Shown: in pieces, positions 7,667 to 16,607 of the stretch | Position numbering within the stretch: position 1 is the stretch's first letter | How the letters are laid out: every line of letters starts with the position of its first letter | Translations under genes and position numbers: made by a program | Notes under the pieces: generated by a model | Databases searched by the model: none | What the model saw: the letters and a program-made list of their open reading frames with translations, nothing else | Told to the model about the DNA's origin: nothing | Assembly: GCA_021604885.1 (NCBI GenBank) | Contig: BQJV01000001.1 | Span: 2,795-66,794 of the forward strand | DNA from: Acidimicrobiales bacterium | GTDB lineage: Bacteria > Actinomycetota > Acidimicrobiia > Acidimicrobiales > Aldehydirespiratoraceae | Length of the DNA: 64,000 nucleotides | Direction of reading: 5' to 3'

Positions 7667-10500
7667 GCTGCGAGCGCCTGGGTGAGTTCGTGGAGCAGCG
7701 GGTTGAGGTCGTCGCCGAAGAGTTGGCGGGCTCGGCCGAGGCCGCCGTGTTCACTGAAGGGGGCTCCGGTGAGATCTCGGGGAGCGATGGTGAGGCTGGC
7801 AGCGAGGTGGTCTTTGATCATGTGGAGGTAGGCGAGTTGGTCGTGGGTGAAGGCGCGGCCGGCGTTGTCCTGTTGAAGGAGCCAGGCGTCGAAGCGTTCG
7901 TTGACGAGGTCGGGGTAGGCGACGAGTTCGTCGGTGTTGCCGAGTGCGTAGCGGACAATGCTGACGAGGTCGGTGTTGAGGCGATGGCCTGAGCCTCGCA
8001 CCTTGCTGGCGTCGAGGGCTTCGTAGGCCTGCCACAGCATGTCGGGGGTCCAGCTGCGGGGTGGGCGTTCGATGGCGTTCGCCAGTTCTCGGATGTCGGC
8101 GTAGGTGAGACCGCCCCCGTAGGGCTGGCTGTAGAGGATCTGCAGGGCGGTGATCTCGTCGCGGTGCTCGTCGATGAACTCGCGGAACGAATCGATCGTT
8201 TTGCGGGCCCGGTCGGTGGCGTCCTTGGAGAACTGGCCGGAGATGACTCGGTCCTTGGTGGCGGCGTCGATGACCTGTTCGTAGCTGCGCCGGACGTCGA
8301 GGAGCTTCTCGCGCAGCTCTGAGTTGCCGGCGAGCGGCTGGAGTGCAGTCTCGACCAGTTGCTTGCGTGCGGCGGCAACCTGGTCGCCACCGGGATCGTC
8401 GAGACCGCTGGCGGCTTGGGCTTCGGCGTAGTGGCGGTCGGGGTCGAGCGCTTGGACGAGTTGGTGGGAGAGCTGGGTGAGACTCATCCCGGCGGCGGCT
8501 TCGAGCTCGGCGCGGTCGGGGCCGCTGATGCGCTTGTCGAGGCGGGCAAGCCGGGAGGCGATGGAGGAGACGACGGCTTCGTCGGTGACGCCGAGGCCGA
8601 TCTGGTTGAGAAGCTTGTCGAAGCCGACGCCGTGCTTGCGTTCGAGGGGGACGGTGTCGTGGAGCTCGGTCTCAGTGACGCCAACGGCGTCGACCAGGAC
8701 GAAGTGGTCCTTGGCGGTGGCGTCAGGGGTGACGATGCGAAGGTCGTCGTCGTTGATGATGCGGACGCCGCGGCCCTTCATCTGTTCGAAGAAGTTGCGG
8801 CTCTTGACCATGCGCATGAACACGACGCACTCGATGGGTTTGACGTCGGTGCCGGTGGCGATCATGTCGACGGTGACGGCGATGCGGGTGTCGTAGCCGG
8901 TGCGAAACTGGGCGAGAAGCTCGTCGGGCTTGTGGCCAGACTCGGCGGCCTTGTAGGTGATCTTCACCGCGCCCATGTTCGACAGGCCGAACTCCTCGCG
9001 GACGATCTGGACGATGTCGTCGGCGTGGCTGTCGTCCTTGGCGAAGATCAGGGTCTTCGGGATGTGTTGGAGGCGGCCGTCGTCGCGCACGATCCGGTCA
9101 GGAAACATGACCGGCATCGAGTCGCGCAGAGTGCGCACGATGGTGCGTATCTGATCGCGGGCGACAACCTTTCGGTCGAGCTCAGCAGGGTCGTAGTCGA
9201 GGTCCTCGTCGATGCGATCGAAGCGTTGCTCGCGGGTCTCGCGATCTCGGAACTCGGTGACCATCCCGGCGTCGACCTTGCCGCCGGACTCGCTGATCTC
9301 GGTGCGGATGCGAAACACGTCGAAGTCGACGTTGACCCGGTCGGCGACGGCTTCTTCGTGGCCGTACTCCATGACGAGGTTCTGGTCGAAGAATCCGAAC
9401 GTCTGCTTGCCGGGCGTGGCGGTGAGGCCGATCAGGAAGGCGTCGAAATACTCGAGGACCTGGCGCCACACCCCGTAGATCGATCGATGGCATTCGTCGA
9501 CAATGATCACGTCGTAGGACTCGATCGGAACCGCCGAGTTGTAGACCACCTCGACCGGCCGACCGGGGGTCATGTCGAAGCTGGACTTCTCTTCGAGGTC
9601 CTCGTCGAGCTCCTCGCCCCGAAGGATCGAGTAGATCCTCTGGATCGTCGAGACGTGGACCTTGGTCGCCGTCTCGTCGGCGATGTCGAGGTTCGATGAG
9701 GTGAGGCGGCGGGCGTTGTAGAGCTCGGTGAACTTGCGGCCGTCGTCGGGCGTATCGAACCCCTCGAACTCACGGATCGTCTGCCGGCCGAGGTTGCCAC
9801 GGTCGACGAGGAAGAGAATCCGCTTGGCACCAGCGTGGCGAAGCAGTCGGTAAGCGATGTTGGCGGCGGTGAAGGTCTTGCCCGAGCCGGTCGCCATCTG
9901 GATCAGCGCCTTGGCCCGGTTCTCCTTGAGCGACTTCTCGAGATTGCGGATGGCTTCTTCTTGGGCAGGCCACAGACCGACGGGATCGAGGTCCGGTAGC
10001 AGCTGAATTCCGCCTCGAAGGGTCGCGTTGCCGCCGAAGTTGACGTGGTCTTCGTGCCAGCGGGCGAGGGTCTCGGGACGGTGGAAGGTGTACACGCGGC
10101 GTGACGTCGGGTCGGGGTCGAGGCCGCAGGTGAAGCGCGTCTCCTTGCCTGTCGACTCATAGCCAAACGGAAGTGCACCGTCGACGAGGAAGGCGGGGAG
10201 CTCGCCGGGAAAGTTGGTCTGGTATTTGTGGGTCTGCCATTCGACGCCGGTGAGGGTGGTGCCGACCTTCTTGGCTTCGATGACCCCGACGGCCTGGCGG
10301 TCGACGAAGAGCACATAGTCGGCGGGTCCGGCTGCGGTCGGCACCTCGCGGACTGCGACGCCCTGGGCGGCGGCGATGGCGGCGTGCTTGTAGTCCTGCA
10401 CGATCCACCCGCACGCGGCGAGCTGGGCATCGATGTCGATGCGAGCGCGCTGTTCGGGTGCGAGGTACTCGGAGGCTTCGTCCGCCATAGGTCCTTCCAT
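7663..10500 (-). CDS. hsdR: type I restriction enzyme, R (helicase-nuclease) subunit, EcoEI-like C-terminal domain
   Basis: 945 aa. Has an HSDR_N-like N-terminus (..ADYVLFVDRQAVGVIEAKK..), helicase motif I (MATGSGKT), a DEAH-type box (IIVDECH) and a long C-terminal extension. The start may instead be the ATG at 10488. Confidence 0.93.
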   Translation of the reverse strand: MEGPMADEASEYLAPEQRARIDIDAQLAACGWIVQDYKHAAIAAAQGVAVREVPTAAGPADYVLFVDRQAVGVIEAKKVGTTLTGVEWQTHKYQTNFPGELPAFLVDGALPFGYESTGKETRFTCGLDPDPTSRRVYTFHRPETLARWHEDHVNFGGNATLRGGIQLLPDLDPVGLWPAQEEAIRNLEKSLKENRAKALIQMATGSGKTFTAANIAYRLLRHAGAKRILFLVDRGNLGRQTIREFEGFDTPDDGRKFTELYNARRLTSSNLDIADETATKVHVSTIQRIYSILRGEELDEDLEEKSSFDMTPGRPVEVVYNSAVPIESYDVIIVDECHRSIYGVWRQVLEYFDAFLIGLTATPGKQTFGFFDQNLVMEYGHEEAVADRVNVDFDVFRIRTEISESGGKVDAGMVTEFRDRETREQRFDRIDEDLDYDPAELDRKVVARDQIRTIVRTLRDSMPVMFPDRIVRDDGRLQHIPKTLIFAKDDSHADDIVQIVREEFGLSNMGAVKITYKAAESGHKPDELLAQFRTGYDTRIAVTVDMIATGTDVKPIECVVFMRMVKSRNFFEQMKGRGVRIINDDDLRIVTPDATAKDHFVLVDAVGVTETELHDTVPLERKHGVGFDKLLNQIGLGVTDEAVVSSIASRLARLDKRISGPDRAELEAAAGMSLTQLSHQLVQALDPDRHYAEAQAASGLDDPGGDQVAAARKQLVETALQPLAGNSELREKLLDVRRSYEQVIDAATKDRVISGQFSKDATDRARKTIDSFREFIDEHRDEITALQILYSQPYGGGLTYADIRELANAIERPPRSWTPDMLWQAYEALDASKVRGSGHRLNTDLVSIVRYALGNTDELVAYPDLVNERFDAWLLQQDNAGRAFTHDQLAYLHMIKDHLAASLTIAPRDLTGAPFSEHGGLGRARQLFGDDLNPLLHELTQALAA

Positions 10501-10595
10501 TCTGCGCCAGATCAGCAGAGTCGGCCGGTTCTTGGGTCAAGGAGTGGAACGACGCGGCACGGGCGAGCTTTTCTCGCTCCGACATCGATGCAGCG

Positions 10596-11870
10596 ATGTA
10601 CGTTCGAACGGTGAGGTCACAGGTACCGGCCGTCCCCGCGCCGCAGGAGGATTGGATCTACAACGAGCACCAGGGGAGAAACGAGCTCGCTGGGGCGACG
10701 ATCGGGGTATCGCTATCCGGGGGCGGCTACCGAGCGACCCTCTTTGCAGCGGGCGCAGTTGCGGCGCTGGCGGACGGCCAAGTATGGGACCAAGTCAAGT
10801 GGGTGGCGTCGGTCTCGGGCGGCTCTTTCGTCAACGCGGCCGCAGGGCTGGAGCTCCCAGATGATCCCACCGCGCGAGCAGTCGACCGGTTCCTCCGAAT
10901 GGTGGCCGAGCGAGTCGCACGGCGCCTTTGGCCCATCGCCCTGCCACAGCGAACCTCAAGAATCCGAGGTCTCGCGTTGGTTGCGAGGAGCTACGACGCC
11001 GGCATCCAACGCCACTGGGTCGGAGCTGATCGGGGCGCTGTGCCCTTGGCGAACTTGCAGCACCCAAGCAGGACCCACGCCTTCCTTGCGGTCGACCTCG
11101 CAACACTCAGCCCGGTCGTGCTCAGCGATCGCCTCGTGTACTCGCCGGGTCTTCGAGACGAGCCGGTCGCGCTGGCGCCTGGGGGACTGCGCCTTGCCAC
11201 AGCCATTCGCAGCTCGGCCTCCTTCCCAGGGCTTCCCTCGACTCACGTGCGTTCTGAAGACCTCGGCACGGTGTACCACCCGCTCTACGACGACCTGCAC
11301 CTCGGCGATGGAGGTGTCTGGAACAACCTCGGTACGGAGTGGGAGCGCCTCCTCGGCGAGGTAGGACGCGTAGATCTCGGAGACGTCGCAGCGTTCGCTC
11401 GGCCTGTCGAGTTCCATGTGGTCGTGGACGCTTCCGCTCCCGCAAAGCGCCCGAAGACCTGGCGGACACGGCGGTGGCCTACGACCCTTGACTGGCCGTT
11501 CCTGTCCCTCGACCGGGCGCTCCATGCGGCATTCCAGAGCACGCTTGAAAACAGCAGGCGGGCATTGCGTGACGGGTCCGGAAAGATCCCTCGGCGGATC
11601 TTGCATGTTTCGTTGGAAGAGATCCCTCGTACCCAGCAGGTTCTCTCAGCCCTGGTTGGAGGCGCCGAGCCGGAGGAGTGGGCCGCCGTCGCAGATCAGA
11701 ATGGGACGGTCGGGACCGCCTGTCCGACCCTATGGGGCATTCGCGGACTGCCGGCCGTACACCTGATGGCGCACGGATATGCCCAGACCGCTGCCTGTCT
11801 CACCGCGCGTGGTGTCCCCCTCCAGCACTTCGAGATCCCCCATGAGCGCATATACAGAGCGATCACGTGA
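10596..11870 (+). CDS. patatin-like phospholipase
   Basis: Oxyanion Gly-rich loop GVSLSGGGYRAT, nucleophile elbow SVSGGS (GxSxG) and catalytic Asp motif LGDGGVWNNLG. Transcribed divergently from hsdR. Confidence 0.8.
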   Translation: MYVRTVRSQVPAVPAPQEDWIYNEHQGRNELAGATIGVSLSGGGYRATLFAAGAVAALADGQVWDQVKWVASVSGGSFVNAAAGLELPDDPTARAVDRFLRMVAERVARRLWPIALPQRTSRIRGLALVARSYDAGIQRHWVGADRGAVPLANLQHPSRTHAFLAVDLATLSPVVLSDRLVYSPGLRDEPVALAPGGLRLATAIRSSASFPGLPSTHVRSEDLGTVYHPLYDDLHLGDGGVWNNLGTEWERLLGEVGRVDLGDVAAFARPVEFHVVVDASAPAKRPKTWRTRRWPTTLDWPFLSLDRALHAAFQSTLENSRRALRDGSGKIPRRILHVSLEEIPRTQQVLSALVGGAEPEEWAAVADQNGTVGTACPTLWGIRGLPAVHLMAHGYAQTAACLTARGVPLQHFEIPHERIYRAIT

Positions 11871-12025
11871 GCGCGTGGGGAGACGGTTCCTGGGGTCAAG
11901 GGATCGCCGGCAGGCGAAGGCGAGGACACGGAGCACAGCGAAGTCCCGCAGCTGACCCTTGACGCCACATCGGTTGAACACCATCGGTTCGGCCCTGCCC
12001 CTCGGGGCGGGGCTTGGTCGCCGGG

Positions 12026-15000
12026 TCATCTGATTCGGAGTGCCGGTCCCTCGATTTGGCGCGCCTGCTGCCGCTCGCGAGTGATGGCTTGTTCGATGCT
12101 GCGCTGGTCGCCTGCGGCGAGCGCCCGGCTGAACAGGAAGCCCCTCGGGAGCTTTCGGCCCTTGGTGGGTCCGAGACCCTTGGTGAGGCCGAAGGCGGCC
12201 TGGTGCTGGTCAATGCGTCCGGCGGCGTTGTCCCATGCTCGTGAGGGCTGCCCGCCGTTCGGCCGGGGTCCGAGTGTGTCGACGATCCGGCTGGGTGGGT
12301 CACGGCGGATCTGTCGGGTTCGGATACGGCGGTCCTCGCTGAGGCGGGCGTCGATGTCGGTGAGCTGGGTTTCGAGGGTGGGGCGTCGTTGGTCGAGTTG
12401 TTCGGCCTTGTGGAGTCGTCGGTCGATGTCGTGGTGCTTGTCGCTGAGCTTCCCGATGTGGGTGCGTTGGGTGCTGATGTCGACGGGGAGGTTCTCGATG
12501 TCGTGGTGGGCGTTGCGGATCGCGTTCTCGTGGCCTTTACGTCTGAAGGGTCGGTCGTGTCGGGCGATGGTGTCGTGCGCAGCCTGGAGTCGGGCAGTAG
12601 TGGATTCGAGCTGCTGTTTCACCCGTTCGAGGTCGTGGCGAGCCCACTGGTAGTCGCGTGGCAGCTCGTCGAGGTCGGTGCGTAGCTGGTCGAGCGTCGA
12701 GGTGAGCTGTGCCTGCTGGCCCAGCAGGGATCGAAGCTCCTCGGGCGGAAGGGTGCCGGGTCGGTGGCGGTTGTGGCCGGCGAGCTCGGCTTGGCGGGCG
12801 AGGGCGGGTTGGTCGATCCAGCTGCGGGTCATGGCGTCGGCGAAGATGTCGAGGGCGGTGTCTTCGCCGATGGTGGCGATGTAGGCGTCGTTGTGGTTGC
12901 GGCCGCGGGTCATCGCGACATAGATGCCGCGGACGTCGGTGGGGCCGTCGAGGACGAGGATGGATCGGTCGACGGTGCGGCCTTGGGTGGCGTGGCTGGT
13001 CTGGGCGTAGGCCAGCTCGACGTGGTGCTGGACGTAGTCGGCGGGGAGGCGGATGGTGCCGGATCGTCCGTGAACGCTGAGGTCGCCGTTGCGGTGGATT
13101 GTGTGGATAGTCCATTGGTCGCGGTTGCGGATCATGAGGCCCTGGTCGGTGTGGAGCTGGCGGTGGTTGCGGCGGGTGGCGATCTCGTCGCCGGCCCAGA
13201 ACCGGTAGCCACCAGCGTCGACGTGACGGCCACGGTTGTCGAGCTCGCCAGTCGCGATACGGCGCTGTTGGGCGGCGTGGTTGAGTCGGGCGACGGTCTC
13301 GTTGGTGGAGGCGGCGAGCACGACGGTTTCGCCGTCGCGGCGAGCGGTCCACCACGCGTCGAGGGCTTCGCGATCCATGCGGGTGGCGGTGCCACCGTGT
13401 AGTCGGCCTTCCAGGTCGTATACGTCGGCGACGGTTGGGTCACCTCGGCGGAGCCGCAGCGACGCGTGGCGCTCCCAGTCGTGGGTGAAGCGGTGGACCT
13501 GGTCGAGCTCGATGGCGCCGTGGGTGTCGATGAGGTGGTCGAACATGCCGCCTCTCCCGACGGCGGAGAATTGCATCGGGTCACCGACCAGGGCGATGCG
13601 CCAGCCTCGGTTGTCAGCGAGCTGGGCGAGGGTGTCGAGTCGGTCGGTGGGGACCATGCCGGCTTCATCGACGATGACGGTGGTGCCGACGGGGAGGTCG
13701 TACCGGTGCTGGGGTGGCCGGTCGAGGGAGTGCTCGGTCAACAGCTTGTCGATGGTGTCCGCGTCGATGCCGGTCTCCGACGCCAGCACATCGGCGGCCG
13801 CGGCCGAAGGAGCGACGCCGAACGCCGGGCGACCCTCGGCCCGGAGTTGTTCCACCGCCGGAGCGAGCGCAGTGGTCTTGCCGGTGCCGGCGGGGCCGAC
13901 GACGAGGACGAGGTCGGCGTCACCGGCGATTGCTGCTGCGGTCTCTGCCTGGGGCCCGGTGAGTTCCACGCGTGCGCGGTCGATGGCGTCGGCGGAGTCG
14001 ATGCCGTCTCGGGTCATGCGGCGCTCGGCCCAGGCGAGAAGGCGTTCTTCTTGGGCGAGGATGTCGGCGGTGGTGAGGGCTCGGTCGGCGATCGATTCGG
14101 TGATCGGGCGGCCGTCGCGGCGAAGGGTCGCGCTGTTGGGGATGGGGCGGGAGATGTCGACGCAGCGCTTTCTGATGGCGTAGTTGGTGAGGGTGTCGAG
14201 GACGTGGCCGATGTCGTCGCGGTGGATGACCGCTGTGGTGGGGATGGCGGCGGCGATCTCGCGGGTGAGCTCGGCGGGTCGCCAGCTCGACTGCTTCTCC
14301 GACAGCAATTGCATGGCCTGGTCGATCATCTTGTCGACGGTGGGCATGTCGAGGTCGCGTCCGCTCTGACGGCCGGTGGCTCGGCGGACCAATCGTTCGG
14401 GTGTGTGGCCGAGTTCTTCGACGCGCTCGGTCCAGTCGCGGTGAAGCCCAGCTGCGGCGACGTCGTGGCTCTTGGGTGGGCGGCTGTCGATGACGGCTTC
14501 GCGTTCGAGACGCCAGCGCTCCCTGGGTGTGGGATCACGGTCGAAGGCGTCGATGAATCGGTCCAGCTTCTCGTCGATGCGGCGCTGGACGTCGGCTGTG
14601 CGGGCCGAGAACTCCTCGAGCACGGCCCGGGGGACGTGGGCGATCTCGGCAATGCCGTTGACTACGGGCTCCCATTCGACGCCGAGGCGGGCGGTGAGCT
14701 GGGAGCGCAGGGTGGCGTGGTAGATCGCGGAGAGGGTGCGCTGATCCATCTTGAGCGATCGGGCGTCGAGGGCGAGCCAGCGGCCGTCGGGTGAGCGGAC
14801 CCGGTTGGCGATGACGATGTGCGTGTGGAGCTGGGGGTCGAGCGCCCGGGAGGTGTGCTGGCGAAAGGTGGCGGCGATGATCCCCTCGGCGTCGACGATC
14901 GACACGTCGCCGTTGATGCGGTAGCGGGTGTGGGCGTGAGCCTCGATCCAATCGACGACCGTGGCCACCGCGGCGTCGTGCGCGTCGAGCACCTGGGCGC

Positions 15001-15316
15001 GGGTCTGGTCGTCTCCGATGGCGAACGATGTCGACACCGACTTTGGCGCCGACGCGGTCACGTCGAAACCCCGGACCGAGTCCTCGCCATACGGTCGACC
15101 GAGGTGCGCTTCGCCACGTGCTCGAGGATGTAGTCCGGCCATGATGCGGAGGAACTCGCCGTCGATGATCTCGCCTTCGAGCCCGAACCGTTCAGCGCCG
15201 CGGCCGTGCCAGATCCCCTTGGGTTCGCCAGAGTCGAGGTAGTAGTTCGGCAGCGCCTCGACGTAGTAGGCACCGGCGTCGGCGCCCTTGAGCGTGGTGG
15301 CGCGCGCCGTCATCGC
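12026..15316 (-). CDS. MobF-family conjugative relaxase (TrwC/TraA-like) with C-terminal helicase
   Basis: From the internal ATG: MTARATTLKGADAGAYYVE..LDSGEPKGIWHGRGAERFGL..FDVTASAPKSVS..FRQHTSRALDPQLHTHIVIANRV (HxDxxxxHxH-type 3-His motif). A P-loop VVGPAGTGKTT lies further on. Confidence 0.88.
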   Translation of the reverse strand, partial: AMTARATTLKGADAGAYYVEALPNYYLDSGEPKGIWHGRGAERFGLEGEIIDGEFLRIMAGLHPRARGEAHLGRPYGEDSVRGFDVTASAPKSVSTSFAIGDDQTRAQVLDAHDAAVATVVDWIEAHAHTRYRINGDVSIVDAEGIIAATFRQHTSRALDPQLHTHIVIANRVRSPDGRWLALDARSLKMDQRTLSAIYHATLRSQLTARLGVEWEPVVNGIAEIAHVPRAVLEEFSARTADVQRRIDEKLDRFIDAFDRDPTPRERWRLEREAVIDSRPPKSHDVAAAGLHRDWTERVEELGHTPERLVRRATGRQSGRDLDMPTVDKMIDQAMQLLSEKQSSWRPAELTREIAAAIPTTAVIHRDDIGHVLDTLTNYAIRKRCVDISRPIPNSATLRRDGRPITESIADRALTTADILAQEERLLAWAERRMTRDGIDSADAIDRARVELTGPQAETAAAIAGDADLVLVVGPAGTGKTTALAPAVEQLRAEGRPAFGVAPSAAAADVLASETGIDADTIDKLLTEHSLDRPPQHRYDLPVGTTVIVDEAGMVPTDRLDTLAQLADNRGWRIALVGDPMQFSAVGRGGMFDHLIDTHGAIELDQVHRFTHDWERHASLRLRRGDPTVADVYDLEGRLHGGTATRMDREALDAWWTARRDGETVVLAASTNETVARLNHAAQQRRIATGELDNRGRHVDAGGYRFWAGDEIATRRNHRQLHTDQGLMIRNRDQWTIHTIHRNGDLSVHGRSGTIRLPADYVQHHVELAYAQTSHATQGRTVDRSILVLDGPTDVRGIYVAMTRGRNHNDAYIATIGEDTALDIFADAMTRSWIDQPALARQAELAGHNRHRPGTLPPEELRSLLGQQAQLTSTLDQLRTDLDELPRDYQWARHDLERVKQQLESTTARLQAAHDTIARHDRPFRRKGHENAIRNAHHDIENLPVDISTQRTHIGKLSDKHHDIDRRLHKAEQLDQRRPTLETQLTDIDARLSEDRRIRTRQIRRDPPSRIVDTLGPRPNGGQPSRAWDNAAGRIDQHQAAFGLTKGLGPTKGRKLPRGFLFSRALAAGDQRSIEQAITRERQQARQIEGPALRIR

Positions 15317-15421
15317 CACCACCTCCCGGCACGGCTGGTCCATCTCGCGGCACGGGCCGTGCACTCGTCTGTCGCTTGTTGGTTAGGTCGTCGGGAGGTG
15401 GAGGTGAGATGCATGACGGAC

Positions 15422-15820
15422 TCAGCTGAACGGGAGGGTGAGCTGGTTGCTGTTCGCCGGTCTCCGCTTGCGGCGGCGTCGTGGCCGCGCCGTTTGAGTC
15501 GGCGGTCGCGCTGGAGCGGGGTCGTCTGTCGGTGCCGGCTCCGGCTCGATGGCTCGGTCGGCTGGTGCAGGCTTCGCAGTGTGGCCGTTGGGCTTGGCAC
15601 GATCGGACGGCTCGGGGATGAAGAGAACCGGCGCACCGAGTTGTTCTTCGAGCCACGCCCGCGGGACGCGGAGCTGGCCGCCGACTTCGCGAACCATGAG
15701 GCCGGACTCGCCGTTGGTGACGCGCCACTCCTGGCTCATGGCGTAGGCCTTCGTGCGACCGATGCGCAGAACTCGAGCGGCTTCTTCGATTGTCAGGGCG
15801 TCCGGTGGTCGCTCGTCCAT
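15422..15820 (-). CDS. excisionase-family HTH DNA-binding protein with basic low-complexity tail
   Basis: MDERPPDALTIEEAARVLRIGRTKAYAMSQEW.. is the classic Xis/MerR-type HTH_17 N-terminus. It lies upstream of the relaxase gene and is transcribed in the same direction. Confidence 0.7.
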   Translation of the reverse strand: MDERPPDALTIEEAARVLRIGRTKAYAMSQEWRVTNGESGLMVREVGGQLRVPRAWLEEQLGAPVLFIPEPSDRAKPNGHTAKPAPADRAIEPEPAPTDDPAPARPPTQTARPRRRRKRRPANSNQLTLPFS

Positions 15821-15941
15821 GTCACCGCCTCACTCGTTGATCACTCAACTTCGACGTAGACCACCCAGGAATATCATCGGTGTGATTCGAATGCAACCGC
15901 GCGGTAGACAAACCTGCATGCACGTTGACTAGAGTGGGTAG

Positions 15942-16607
15942 ATGGCCCGCCGAAAAAACGACAACGCCTGGACCCCGAACCAGATCGTCGCCTACCGCAT
16001 CCACGAGGCCCGCAGGATGCGGGGATGGACCCAGGAACAGGCAGCGGCCGAACTCGAGCCCTACCTCGGATCGAAGCTGTCGACGGCCAGCTTCTCGGCC
16101 ATCGAGCGATCGTTCGCCGGCGGCCGCATCCGCCAGTTCAACGCCGACGAGATCCTCGCCCTGTCCCGAGGTTTCCGTCTGCCGATCGGCTGGTTCTTCA
16201 CGCCTCCCCCAGTGATGGAGAACATCGACATCTCCACCCCCGACGCGAAAGGCGGCGGCTGGGAACCGCTCCTGCTGATCGACGCCATCTTGGGCAACCC
16301 CGACACGCTGCCCGAGTGGGAGGAAGCACTGCGACTCTGGTCGATCTCTCCTGGCCGCATGCGGATCTACGACGACGGCCGGATGGAGGATCTCGGCCGC
16401 GAGGTCGAGGACGTGCACGACGGCATCGACACCTTCGTCAAGGGCAGAGCCCGGATTCGCCTGGGCGAGATGTTCGGCGACATCGAACGGGCGAAGGAGG
16501 TCCTCGCCGGACTCACCGACCTCCTCGACGAGCTCGACGACGTCCCAGCCACTGCGGACGATCCGACACGAGCTGACACGGGCAAGAAGAAGGGCGGGAA
16601 CACATGA
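15942..16607 (+). CDS. XRE-family HTH regulator
   Basis: ..IVAYRIHEARRMRGWTQEQAAAELEPYLGSKLSTASFSAIER... Its stop overlaps the integrase ATG (ATGA at 16604-16607). Confidence 0.7.
   Translation: MARRKNDNAWTPNQIVAYRIHEARRMRGWTQEQAAAELEPYLGSKLSTASFSAIERSFAGGRIRQFNADEILALSRGFRLPIGWFFTPPPVMENIDISTPDAKGGGWEPLLLIDAILGNPDTLPEWEEALRLWSISPGRMRIYDDGRMEDLGREVEDVHDGIDTFVKGRARIRLGEMFGDIERAKEVLAGLTDLLDELDDVPATADDPTRADTGKKKGGNT

Noticed and set aside
12537-13355. Long Arg/Pro-rich ORFs on the opposite strand or in other frames of real genes (also 35027..36547, 27780..28925, 28289..29266, 47344..48441, 51396..53285, 8359..9699, 13466..14794)
   Set aside because: These are typical high-GC shadow ORFs. They have low-complexity R/P/G/A composition, fully overlap confidently assigned genes and show no family motifs.
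15851-15945. GTAGAC-like motifs in the Xis/XRE intergenic region as a firm operator set
   Set aside because: There are only two clear copies, and a third coincides with the ATG context. That is too few to separate from chance, so they are mentioned only alongside the stronger 37.5-kb cluster.
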